Assembly: GCA_963663965.2 (NCBI GenBank)
Contig: CAXXFK010000017.1
Span: 1 to 48,713 of the forward strand
Length of the DNA: 48,713 nucleotides
Direction: 5' to 3'
From: Sedimentisphaerales bacterium
Lineage (GTDB): Bacteria; Planctomycetota; Phycisphaerae; Sedimentisphaerales; SM23-30
A program made the translations under genes and the position numbers. Positions within the stretch are counted from its first letter, which is position 1, and each line of letters begins with the position of its first letter. Below, piece after piece: positions 12,678 to 22,468 of this stretch. The notes below the pieces were generated by a model, which was not told the DNA's origin, did not search any database, and saw only the letters and a list, made by a program, of their open reading frames with translations.

Positions 12678-12720
12678 ACCGTAAAACGGGAAACATACCA
12701 TCCCGTTATGGAGTAATTTG

Positions 12721-14007
12721 ATGGCAGACGATAAACATAAACATCCTCAGGGCTGCGATTGCCCGCATCACCACCAGCACGAAAGCCCCAGACAGATTGA
12801 GGAAACGCTCGATCCCGGCAACCAGGCGCTTTCCGAAGCGCTACGAATCAGTTTCGGGGTTCTGAAACTGGTCATGATCGGTGTTGTCGTTCTATTTATC
12901 TGGAGCGGTTTTTTCCGGGTAGAGCAAAATCAGCAGGCCTTGCTGCTGCGGTTTGGCAGAGTGCTGGGGTCAGCAACCCAATCCATTCTGGAACCGGGCT
13001 GGCACTGGAAATGTCCCGATCCAATCGACGAAGTAGTCTATCTGCCAGTTCAGGAGCAGAATCTGACCGTGGATTCGTTCTGGTACTATCAGGACGACCG
13101 GGAAAAAGCCGGCGGCCGCTCTTCAATCGCCGGTCCCACTTTGCAGATCGTGAAAGACGGTTACAGTATTTGCGCCTCGCAACCTGCGGTCAAAAGCGAT
13201 TCGACTGATACGAATCAGGACATTATGATTGATTACAATCTGGTCCATACCCAGTGGAAATTGCGCTATATTGTCGATAATCCGCGAGAATTTTTCGATA
13301 CCTTGTGGGACGGCCGTCAGGAACACTATAATCGTGTCGATCACTTTTTAATCACCGCCCTGGAAGACAGTGTGATCAGGACCAGCGCTTCTCATGACAT
13401 CGACTGGATGCTCTGGCGAGACGATAAATCCTTATCCAGTGCTGTGCTGGACACCCTGCGCCAGCGCGTTAATGCCGCAGAGGTGGGCATCCGAATCGAG
13501 GCGCTGGATCTGGTGGGTCGCTCGGTTCCGCGTCAGGTACAATCCGCATTTGACCTGGCGGCCCAGGCTGACAACGAAGCCGGGAAGCTGGCCAAAGAAG
13601 CCTCCGCCCGGTATGAAGAGATTGTCAACCAGGCTCGGGCACAGGCTTCTATTACTCTGGCAGAAGCACAGGCATACAAAACGCGAATCGTACAGGCCGC
13701 TCAGGCAGACGCTAAATCGCTGGAAGTCATTCTGCAGCAAATCTACGAAGCGATCGATCAAAAGATCGATAAAAGCCAGGCCAATTGGCAAGAGCAACGG
13801 CAAAAGATGTTCAATGAACTCCTGGCGATTCACATGGACCAGATCTATCAGGAGGCTATTCGTTTTATTGTTGCCAGCGCCGATGAAGTGATTGTGCCTT
13901 CAAGCGCCGGCGAAGACAGCGAATGGCGGATTTATATGAGTCGCGACGCCACCCTGAAACCCCAGAACAATAAGAACGAGTCTGCCCCGCAGAACCCCAA
14001 ACAATAA
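12721..14007 (+). CDS. hflK: HflK-like SPFH protein with His/Cys-rich N-terminus
   Basis: SGFFRVEQNQQALLLRFG..EPGWHW..PDPIDEV and VPRQVQSAFD; N-terminus KHKHPQGCDCPHHHQH. Confidence 0.75.
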   Translation: MADDKHKHPQGCDCPHHHQHESPRQIEETLDPGNQALSEALRISFGVLKLVMIGVVVLFIWSGFFRVEQNQQALLLRFGRVLGSATQSILEPGWHWKCPDPIDEVVYLPVQEQNLTVDSFWYYQDDREKAGGRSSIAGPTLQIVKDGYSICASQPAVKSDSTDTNQDIMIDYNLVHTQWKLRYIVDNPREFFDTLWDGRQEHYNRVDHFLITALEDSVIRTSASHDIDWMLWRDDKSLSSAVLDTLRQRVNAAEVGIRIEALDLVGRSVPRQVQSAFDLAAQADNEAGKLAKEASARYEEIVNQARAQASITLAEAQAYKTRIVQAAQADAKSLEVILQQIYEAIDQKIDKSQANWQEQRQKMFNELLAIHMDQIYQEAIRFIVASADEVIVPSSAGEDSEWRIYMSRDATLKPQNNKNESAPQNPKQ

Positions 14008-14035
14008 GATTTTGATAGAATAATATAAAAGGATA

Positions 14036-16021
14036 GTGACGATGGCACATGCCCACCTGAACTTAAAAGAAACCGAGGTTTCCCTGCATTCCGATCAGAC
14101 CGAAACCCGAACAACCAAAGTCAGTATCGGATTGCTGGGCACGCTGATGGGAGGCGCCCTGCTGCTCAACAGTCTGATCGCTCAATACATCCTGAAAATT
14201 CCTGAAGATCAGGCAGATTTGCTGGCCATGGCCGGAGCCATCTTGCTGGCAGCCCCCGTGGTCTGGCATGCCTTCAGTTGTATGATCCAGGGACACAACC
14301 ACATGGATGAACTGGTGGCCCTGGCTATCATCGCCGCCTTCGCCATCGGTAAATACCAGGAAGCCGGAGCGGTAGCGTTTTTCATGTTGCTGGCCGAGCT
14401 GGTTGAAACCCGCACGGCGCTGGGCGCCCGGGCTTCGATCGAATCGCTGATTCGAATTACTCCCACGCGGGCCAACCGGATTCTGGACAATTCTCAGGAA
14501 GAAGAAGTGGAAGCCAGCCAACTGGCAACTGGTGATAAAGTTCGGGTACGGCCCGGCGATAATATTCCCGCCGATGGCAAAGTAATCAAAGGCCAGTCGA
14601 CCGTGAATCAAGCCACAATCACAGGTGAATCACTGCCGGTTGACAAGACCATTGGCGATACTGTATTTGCCGGGACCAGCAACCTGACGGGTGTCATGGA
14701 TATCGAAGTGTTAACTGCCGGCAAGGACACGACCCTGGGTAAAGTTCAATCGTTGATTTTACAGGCGGAAAGCACCAAGATTCCGATTATGAGGATTATC
14801 GATCGGTATATCCAGTGGTACACCCCCACGATATTAATGCTGGCGGCATTAATTTTTGTTTTCACCAAGCAAATCGATTACGCCATTTCAACCCTGATTA
14901 TATCCTGCCCCTGCGCGATTATTCTGGCGACTCCCACTGCCATGGTAGCGGCATTAAGTTGTGCGGCGCGTTTGGGCATTTTAATCAAGAATGTTTCAAA
15001 CCTGGAAATCGCCGGGAAACTCACCGCCATGGTATTCGATAAAACCGGCACACTGACTACCGGCCAACTGGCAGTCACGCGCCTTAATCCAATTGAAGGA
15101 ATTGATGCCGCTGAAATGCTGGCAGATGCCGCCGCGGTTGAACAATTCAGTAAACACCCGGTTGCCAGGGCTGTCATGGATGTCGCCCAGAAAGCCCGCC
15201 TGGCACTGCCCCATCCGGATGATTTCGCGGAACTGCCTGGCCAGGGGGTCAGCGCCACTGTGAATGGGAAAGCCGTGCTGGTCGGACGCGATACCTGGCT
15301 GGCGTCCCAGGGCGTCGACATGACGGCACTGCAATCCGAATCGATGAAAGCTCCCGGTGGAGTCAGTATACTATATGTCGCAAGGAATGGCAGGGCCATC
15401 GGCTGGATCGGGATGGAAGACCGCACCCGCCCGGAAGCCCGGGAAGCGATTACCGATCTGGACCAGGGCATCGGTATCAAACGGCTGGTTATGGTTACCG
15501 GTGACCGGCTGGCAGTGGCGCAACGCGTCGCAGCTGAAATGGGATGCAGTGAAGTTAAGGCCGAATGTCTGCCGCATGAAAAGCTCCACCTGGTCCATCA
15601 ATTGCAAGAGCAGGGCCATCTGGTGGCAGTGGTCGGAGATGGCGTGAACGACGCGCCGGCGCTGGCCGCCGGTGATCTGGGCATCGCCATGGGGGCCGCC
15701 GGCAGCGATGTGGCGATCAACAGCGCCAGTGTGGCATTAATGAATAATGAATTGAACCGACTGGCGTTTCTGGTACGGTTGTCCCGTACTACCCGAACCG
15801 TCGTATTCCAGAATTTATTATTTGGCGTATTATTTATTATTTTCGGCATTGTCTTTATCTGGATGGGCTTGATCTCCCCGGTCATCGCGGTTATCTTACA
15901 CCTGCTCAGTTCACTGGTGATTGTATTCAACAGCGCGCGGCTGGTACGCTTCGGTGAAGATCTGACTCACCATGAAGCGCTGGTTGAACAGGGCCAGGCG
16001 CCGGCGGCTTACGCCGCTTAA
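14036..16021 (+). CDS. Heavy-metal translocating P1B-type ATPase
   Basis: TGES, SCPC..LATP, DKTGTLT, SKHP and GDGVNDAPALA motifs. No N-terminal HMA domain. Confidence 0.95.
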   Translation: MTMAHAHLNLKETEVSLHSDQTETRTTKVSIGLLGTLMGGALLLNSLIAQYILKIPEDQADLLAMAGAILLAAPVVWHAFSCMIQGHNHMDELVALAIIAAFAIGKYQEAGAVAFFMLLAELVETRTALGARASIESLIRITPTRANRILDNSQEEEVEASQLATGDKVRVRPGDNIPADGKVIKGQSTVNQATITGESLPVDKTIGDTVFAGTSNLTGVMDIEVLTAGKDTTLGKVQSLILQAESTKIPIMRIIDRYIQWYTPTILMLAALIFVFTKQIDYAISTLIISCPCAIILATPTAMVAALSCAARLGILIKNVSNLEIAGKLTAMVFDKTGTLTTGQLAVTRLNPIEGIDAAEMLADAAAVEQFSKHPVARAVMDVAQKARLALPHPDDFAELPGQGVSATVNGKAVLVGRDTWLASQGVDMTALQSESMKAPGGVSILYVARNGRAIGWIGMEDRTRPEAREAITDLDQGIGIKRLVMVTGDRLAVAQRVAAEMGCSEVKAECLPHEKLHLVHQLQEQGHLVAVVGDGVNDAPALAAGDLGIAMGAAGSDVAINSASVALMNNELNRLAFLVRLSRTTRTVVFQNLLFGVLFIIFGIVFIWMGLISPVIAVILHLLSSLVIVFNSARLVRFGEDLTHHEALVEQGQAPAAYAA

Positions 16022-16136
16022 TGTGACCATCCGGCTGATCGCGGCCCATGGCGCCTTCAGACTGGATACGAATCATCAGTTATAAACGTATTTTTCGTTT
16101 TTTCATTAACGACCTGAATAGCAACAGGATCAGAAT

Positions 16137-17375
16137 ATGGCAAAGGCACAAGCCGGACTGGTCATACAGACAGCCGGACTGACTAAAGTATTTCGAAATT
16201 TCTGGGGCAAAGCCCGGGTAAGGGCTGTCGATAGTCTCAACCTGGAAATCGCGCCGCGGGAAGTATTTGGATTATTGGGCCCCAACGGTTCCGGCAAAAG
16301 TACAACAATTAAAATGCTGCTGGGTTTGTTATTTCCCAGCCGGGGATGGGCCAGAGTTCTGGGGATGTTACCCGGTGATGTAAAAACCAACCAGCGTATC
16401 GGCTATCTGCCGGAAGAATCGTTTCTCTATCCGTTTCTGAACGCGCGTGAAACCCTGGATTTTTATGGCCGGTTATTTTCATTAACCCATACCCAACGAA
16501 AACAACGCATTGACAGTCTGCTGGATATGGTGGGGCTCAGCGCCGTTACACACCGCCCCATTGGCGAATTTTCCAAAGGCATGATGCGGCGTGTCGGGCT
16601 GGCCCAGGCATTGATCAATGATCCGGATCTGTTAATTCTGGATGAGCCCACCAGCGGCATGGATCCCATCGGCACTCGCCAGATCAAAGATTTGATCGCG
16701 GAACTGGGACGTCGAGGCAAAACCATTTTGTTAAGCAGCCATTTACTGGCCGATGTCGAAGATGTCTGTGATCGAATCTGTATCCTGTACGGCGGCAAGA
16801 TCCGTAATGAAGGAAAGGTGGATGACCTGCTGGCTCGCAAGAACTTTACCCAGATTACGACGGCTTCCCTGAGCGAACAATGTCTGGCCCGTATCGAAGC
16901 CACCATCCGTTCAGAATACCCGGATTATCATGTTGAAATCGAGACTCCGCGCGATCGCCTGGAGAGTTTTTTCCTCAAAACCGTTGAAGAGGCGCACGCC
17001 AGCGAAATCGAAACCTCCGGCGCCCGGATGGGCGGCAGTGTCAGTGATTTTCTGGTCAGCATGACCGCCACGGCGGATGATACCGAAGCGGTTATCGAAA
17101 ACCTGTTAAAGAAATCCGAACCCCAATCCATTACCGAACAGCCCACAATGGCAGTCACTCCAGTGGCAGTCGATAATGCCAGCCAGGATCTGATCAACTC
17201 TTTAACTGGTAAAATTGACACCGTTGCAATCAAGCCCTTTGATCATACGGAAGATGAACAACCCGGGGAGAATCTGACCACTCCGGTTAAACCCGTTGAC
17301 ACACCAGCCCCCAGTGAAGCCGTGGACCTGTCCGTCATCGATGATTTACTCAAGAAAGACAAACCCCAATCCTGA
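16137..17375 (+). CDS. ABC transporter ATP-binding protein with acidic low-complexity C-terminal extension
   Basis: Walker A GPNGSGKST, signature FSKGM, Walker B LILDEP, H-loop SSH. Confidence 0.95.
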   Translation: MAKAQAGLVIQTAGLTKVFRNFWGKARVRAVDSLNLEIAPREVFGLLGPNGSGKSTTIKMLLGLLFPSRGWARVLGMLPGDVKTNQRIGYLPEESFLYPFLNARETLDFYGRLFSLTHTQRKQRIDSLLDMVGLSAVTHRPIGEFSKGMMRRVGLAQALINDPDLLILDEPTSGMDPIGTRQIKDLIAELGRRGKTILLSSHLLADVEDVCDRICILYGGKIRNEGKVDDLLARKNFTQITTASLSEQCLARIEATIRSEYPDYHVEIETPRDRLESFFLKTVEEAHASEIETSGARMGGSVSDFLVSMTATADDTEAVIENLLKKSEPQSITEQPTMAVTPVAVDNASQDLINSLTGKIDTVAIKPFDHTEDEQPGENLTTPVKPVDTPAPSEAVDLSVIDDLLKKDKPQS

Positions 17376-17435
17376 AAGAAAGTCTGATCTGACGCTCTCC
17401 GCCCCCCAACAGGATCAGGCGGTGAATAATATTCT

Positions 17436-18926
17436 ATGAAACCAATTGTTTATAATCAATTTGCCCTTCAACCCAAAGTAATCTGGGCCATGGGACGAAC
17501 CCAACTGTTGGAATTCTGGCGGATGCGCGCGCTGGTTGTGATCATGACATTACTCATTGGCGTCATGACCATCGGGCTGGCTGCCTGGCTTTATCACAGT
17601 GACGGTCGCAAAGATGAACAGGTCCAAACCTTTTTGAGCTACAGTATCAGCGGGGTGATGACCCTGTTAAGTTTATTTACCATCTTCCTCTCTATTATGC
17701 TGGTCACCCGGGATATCGATCGAAAAGAGATATTTACCGTCCTGACCAAACCGGTTAACCGGGTAGAGTTTCTGGCCGGTAAATTTCTTGGAATGTGTCT
17801 GATCAATATGATTATGCTGATTTTCTCCGGTATCCTGATTTATGGTCTGGCCTGGTATCCGATAATCGCCAATCAATGGTATCAGAGCAGTCTGAAATCT
17901 CCGGACTCATGGAAAAATAAACCACTGGAACCTTTCATGATCCATCTGGATGACTATGAAGCCGGCCGTCTCAGAGAACTGGTCATGGTAGCGCGTCAGG
18001 GCGTTAAACCGGATTATCCCGACCTGACGAAAGAAGTCTCCGAACAGGTCGAAAAAGAGGTTGAATATCAACTTAAGGTCAATCCGGAATATCATAATAA
18101 TCCGGAACTGGTCAAAAATATTCGCTCCAGTCTGCTCAAAGATATTTCACTGCAGAAAATGAATGAAATATCCACGATTCCCCCGAATCAAACGAAAGTC
18201 TGGAAATTCAGCGGGATCAATCCAGTCAACCGCCAGAACGGGGTGATCGTCATCCGTTACAAAAAAGAAGTATCGCGTAATCCTGAAGATTTGAAAACGA
18301 CAGATCTCTGGGCTTTTGGGGCGAAAGATCCTATCGAACATGGAGGCCAGGCTCTGCCCCCCATCCGAAATGAAATCCGCACTTTTCATGAAATCCCCAT
18401 CCCCGCCAGCGAGGTATCGCCGGACGGTGAATTATATCTGGCCTATTATAACGCGGTCGAGGGTAACGGCAACGTCTCGGTACAATTTGAAGCAAAAGAC
18501 GGATTGGAACTGTTATACCTGGCTGATTCTTTCGAAAACAACTTCTATCGGTCCTTTCTGTTGATTTTTCTTCGCCTGGTTTTTCTGGCCGCCCTGGGAA
18601 CTGCCATGGGAGCCTGGCTCAGTTATCCAGTGGCAGTCCTGCTGGTGATGGTGGTCTATTGTTTTGGCATTTCCAGCAGTTTCATCCTCGATGCGGCCGA
18701 ATGGAATGTTGGAGACGCGTATCACGATGTGGTCGCCGTTTTTCTAACCATGTTACCGCGCTTTTCACTCTATGATCCCGTGAATCTGATCCAGGCCGGT
18801 CGCCTGGTGAATTTTAATCTGCTCAGCCAATGCCTGTTATGGCTGATTGCCATCAAGGGAGGTATTGTTGCCATTTTTGGTTTGCTTGTATTCAAGTTCA
18901 GAGAATTGGCCCGGGTAATTGTTTAG
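17436..18926 (+). CDS. ABC-2 type permease with large extracytoplasmic loop
   Basis: TRDIDRKEIFTVLTKPVNRVEFLAGKFLG motif; TM clusters at both ends. Confidence 0.85.
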   Translation: MKPIVYNQFALQPKVIWAMGRTQLLEFWRMRALVVIMTLLIGVMTIGLAAWLYHSDGRKDEQVQTFLSYSISGVMTLLSLFTIFLSIMLVTRDIDRKEIFTVLTKPVNRVEFLAGKFLGMCLINMIMLIFSGILIYGLAWYPIIANQWYQSSLKSPDSWKNKPLEPFMIHLDDYEAGRLRELVMVARQGVKPDYPDLTKEVSEQVEKEVEYQLKVNPEYHNNPELVKNIRSSLLKDISLQKMNEISTIPPNQTKVWKFSGINPVNRQNGVIVIRYKKEVSRNPEDLKTTDLWAFGAKDPIEHGGQALPPIRNEIRTFHEIPIPASEVSPDGELYLAYYNAVEGNGNVSVQFEAKDGLELLYLADSFENNFYRSFLLIFLRLVFLAALGTAMGAWLSYPVAVLLVMVVYCFGISSSFILDAAEWNVGDAYHDVVAVFLTMLPRFSLYDPVNLIQAGRLVNFNLLSQCLLWLIAIKGGIVAIFGLLVFKFRELARVIV

Positions 18927-19001
18927 AAAGGCATACCGGGCCCGTTTCAAAAAGCGGCCTTTTGATTTGTTCCGGATCCCTTTATTCGCGCAATAATATT
19001 C

Positions 19002-20933
19002 ATGAAGCACAATAAATTACATACTGCCATCTTAATCGTTTTAAGTCTCGCTTTTCTGGCTGGAAGCGCCTGGATGCTGCCTGCTATAAACGGCATGCGT
19101 GAGCAATACAAATTGGAGATGGTCAATCCGCTGGATAAGAATCAGAAAGACTTGGTTGCGGAATTCAAAGTGCCCACCATGGCCTTGTTTACCTTCCGAA
19201 CACTGGCCATCAATTATTTGTGGATCCGGGCTGACAATCTGAAAAACGAAGGCCAGTTCTTCGATGCCAACTATCTTGCCCGGGCGATCTGCGCCCTGCA
19301 GCCGAATCTGGACAAGGTCTGGGACTTCCAGGGATGGAATATGGCCTATAATATTTCCGTGGAGTTGCCCACCGCGCCGGAACGCTGGGATTGGGTGCGC
19401 GCCGGATTTGAACTGCTGCGCGATCAGGGATTACTCCATGCTCCCCACAGCCTGCAAATTCACTGGTCGATCGCCTGGATATTCCAGCATAAAATCGGCG
19501 GGATAACCGACGATTTTCATCGTTATTACAAACTGCGACTGGCCTATGAAATGATGCCGCTATTGACCCCCATTTACAGCAAGCGGCTGCTGGCCCGACC
19601 CACCAACCAGGAACTGCAGAAACTGGCCGAGGTTCCTGTGTTTGCCACCTGGGAAAACATGTGGGAAGATCTGGCCGGCGATCCGGAAACCAGGCAGTTG
19701 ATTGACAATCTGCGAAAGCTTGAACCCAAGCTGATCACCAACGAAGAGTTGCGCAAAGGTCTGTTGGATTTCAGGTTGCACCCAAGTCACTACAGTGAAG
19801 ATCTGTTTCATTTTATGAATCAGGCCAATGACGAGAATAAGGCTCTCTATAAACTGGATACCTGGCTTCGAGCGACCTGTTTAAGAAGGCAATGGAAACT
19901 TGACCCGGCTTTCATGCTGGAATTGAATAAGAAATATGGCCCCGTGGATTACAACGATGATACCATCCGCTACAGCCTCGACTGGCGAACTCCCTATGCC
20001 CATGCCCTTTACTGGGCCAGCCAGGGCTTGAAGATCGCCATGGAACAAAAACCTGACGTCTTCGATTTCGATAGAATTCGTTTACATCGGGTAGTTTATC
20101 ACAGTTTACAGGATATGTATCATTTTGGCAATCTGACGATTCTGGTAGCCGAACCTCCGGAATTTCGCACTGATCGGGAAACCGGCCAGGAGTTGAGTGA
20201 CAAAGAAATTGTCAACCGTCTGCGACTTTATAATACCCAGGATCTGCGGATGTTCTGGAGCGCCTACAATGCCATGCTGGAATTAAATCGCCTGTATCAA
20301 GCCGCCGGCGAAGATGAACCGGGCGGCGTGGAAGACGCCTCAGCCTATCTGGCCAGGGCCAGTATGCAAAATCTGTATCTGGCGGATCATCGTCAGGCGG
20401 CCCAGCGTATTCTTAACCATCTTACCCAACGTTTCCCGGATGACAAAACCTATCAAGATACGCTTGATAACGTGGTTGTTAAGCTGATGCGCGATGAAAT
20501 CGAAAGCATCAGTCCCCGCTACGGCAGCAATTATGTTCTGGGCTTGTTACGAGCCAGCTATTCTCAATACGGAATGGGTAACGATGAACAAGCCGCCATT
20601 CGGGAACAATTCGCCCTGAAAGTCTTTGCCAAAATGGAAAAAGAAAACTGGGGCAATCCTGACGACGATCCAACCAAACGGGTAGAATTGACTCTGCCAA
20701 ATTTACGCTGGACAGCCCTTATGGATCTATTGTATGATGCTAGTGTTGACGATGAGGTCAAAACCAACCTGATCAGCAGGATCAAGGATTTCGATCCCAA
20801 TCTATATGACCGGGTCATCCAGGAATTGATCCGTTTCCAGGAAGAACGTGAAAAAGACCGTCTTGATACCCAGGAGAATCCAGATATAAAGGCACCGGAG
20901 AATGACGCGAATCTTACGCCCAATCAGCCCTGA
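19002..20933 (+). CDS. Membrane-anchored alpha-helical hypothetical protein
   Basis: 643-aa ORF with N-terminal TM/signal; Trp-rich block NYLWIRAD..VWDFQGWNMAYNIS..RWDWVRAG; co-oriented in the operon. Confidence 0.8.
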   Translation: MKHNKLHTAILIVLSLAFLAGSAWMLPAINGMREQYKLEMVNPLDKNQKDLVAEFKVPTMALFTFRTLAINYLWIRADNLKNEGQFFDANYLARAICALQPNLDKVWDFQGWNMAYNISVELPTAPERWDWVRAGFELLRDQGLLHAPHSLQIHWSIAWIFQHKIGGITDDFHRYYKLRLAYEMMPLLTPIYSKRLLARPTNQELQKLAEVPVFATWENMWEDLAGDPETRQLIDNLRKLEPKLITNEELRKGLLDFRLHPSHYSEDLFHFMNQANDENKALYKLDTWLRATCLRRQWKLDPAFMLELNKKYGPVDYNDDTIRYSLDWRTPYAHALYWASQGLKIAMEQKPDVFDFDRIRLHRVVYHSLQDMYHFGNLTILVAEPPEFRTDRETGQELSDKEIVNRLRLYNTQDLRMFWSAYNAMLELNRLYQAAGEDEPGGVEDASAYLARASMQNLYLADHRQAAQRILNHLTQRFPDDKTYQDTLDNVVVKLMRDEIESISPRYGSNYVLGLLRASYSQYGMGNDEQAAIREQFALKVFAKMEKENWGNPDDDPTKRVELTLPNLRWTALMDLLYDASVDDEVKTNLISRIKDFDPNLYDRVIQELIRFQEEREKDRLDTQENPDIKAPENDANLTPNQP

Positions 20934-21837
20934 TGATATACAAAACGGCCTGAAAAAGCTTTTTGGGAACAGTACGGATTCGCAAACGGATTATTATCGG
21001 GTATTTCTCCATGCCGCTCAGCAGGAAAGCTATGATTTGTCACGTCAGATCATAGTCCAGGCCTCAAATCAGTTGGTTTTTTCCTGTCTTTATACTCCCA
21101 GTGCAGGATTAGTGAGCACCATTTATGCCGCGGACCCCACTCTTCTTTCGGGCCATGACCGGATACTGGCTGTTCGGGCCATGGTTCAATTACGCCTCTG
21201 GGCGCTTAAAGAAGGCTCGGTATTACTCCAATCGGTACTGGAACCTCATGATAGAGCACGGCGTGAGTTATTTCTCAGAAGCGGCTACCGTCAACTGACC
21301 CAACTGGATTATCTTTATCGTTTAGTAGATGTACCTTCTTCCAATAATGGTTATTCTTCAAACCAGGATAACCAGTGGTTAACCTGGTCAGCCGAACGAG
21401 CCGAATTATTTGCAGAGGTTATTTCCCAGACCTATCAAAACAGTATGGATTGCCCGGAACTAAGCACAATCCGTACATTGAATGAAACCATTGATTCACA
21501 TCATCACGCGGGGCTATTCAATCCGGACCTCTGGTATATTCTAACGATCCAAGGCCATCCGGCAGGGGTATTGCTGTTAACGCCCAGTCACAACCGGGAG
21601 AGCCTTGAAATCACCTATCTGGGTATCGTTCCAGCATGGAGGGGGCATAAGCTGGGAGAGGCGCTCATGCAACAGGCACTCAACCAGGCTGCCCGCCTCA
21701 ATAAAAAACTGATCAGCCTGGCGGTCGACAATCGCAATCTTCCAGCCCTGCAACTCTACCACAAATTCCATTTCAAGAGCCTTTTTTCGCGTTTAGTCAT
21801 GTATTATTCCAGCCGCTGGTCAATTCCTAAACCTTAA
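20902..21837 (+). CDS. Tandem GNAT N-acetyltransferase
   Basis: C-terminal EITYLGIVPAWRGHKLG..LAVDNRNLPALQLYHKFHF; N-terminal degenerate GNAT ending FLRSGY. Confidence 0.85.
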   Translation: MTRILRPISPDDIQNGLKKLFGNSTDSQTDYYRVFLHAAQQESYDLSRQIIVQASNQLVFSCLYTPSAGLVSTIYAADPTLLSGHDRILAVRAMVQLRLWALKEGSVLLQSVLEPHDRARRELFLRSGYRQLTQLDYLYRLVDVPSSNNGYSSNQDNQWLTWSAERAELFAEVISQTYQNSMDCPELSTIRTLNETIDSHHHAGLFNPDLWYILTIQGHPAGVLLLTPSHNRESLEITYLGIVPAWRGHKLGEALMQQALNQAARLNKKLISLAVDNRNLPALQLYHKFHFKSLFSRLVMYYSSRWSIPKP

Positions 21838-22196
21838 GGGTGTCTCGAATTGCTTTAGAGGCGAAAGCGGGGATGATCTTTCTCAGGCAAGCAACAAAGA
21901 ACCGGGCAGATTTGATTAAATTCACGGTTTTTTGTGATGACGACCAGAGGAAAATGCTACCTCGTTACTTGCGGAGTGCCCGCTTGCAGTCCGGTTTGAA
22001 TTCTTAGAAGTGCCGTTAAATTCCCGGCAAGCCACTGACTATTCCACCGATAAGTTCTCCATTTCTAATGGCTTCAAGCTGTTTTTTGATAGACAAACCC
22101 AAACACCTGTGAGAACTGTTAGACATTTTTTGAAAATTCCCTGACGCCCGGTCAGGCCTGAAAATGTAACGTTTTTGTATAGATGCCGTTAAAATC

Positions 22197-22305
22197 GAAT
22201 CCACAAGTTATTCACACCCCGACTTAAGATGTGCATAACTTGTGAATTGAAATATTTTTTGAAACGTAACTGCTTGTTAGATGGCATGATGAAAGGTGTG
22301 GAAAA
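22197..22305. promoter_or_regulatory. Cluster of DnaA boxes upstream of dnaA (autoregulation and/or oriC)
   Basis: TTATTCACA 22208-22216, TGTGCATAA 22230-22238 and TGTGGAAAA 22297-22305 match TTWTNCACA. Weaker boxes GAATCCACA 22197-22205 and TGTGAATTG 22241-22249. Confidence 0.65.
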
Positions 22306-22468
22306 AAAAACCGAGAAATGAGATTGCATGGTAATCTGAAAATCATAACAATATGCCCCTGTGTTCTGGTAGGAGAGAAGTCAGTTGCAGAGAATCAGAA
22401 GCAGATATTAGTTCAAATACGACTCACTTAGAACACCCGGCTATTCATGGCCGGCCAGGGAGTGACCT

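Noticed and set aside
14063..15930. Several 100-200 aa ORFs antisense to the P-type ATPase
   Set aside because: Shadows of a strongly supported gene on the plus strand.
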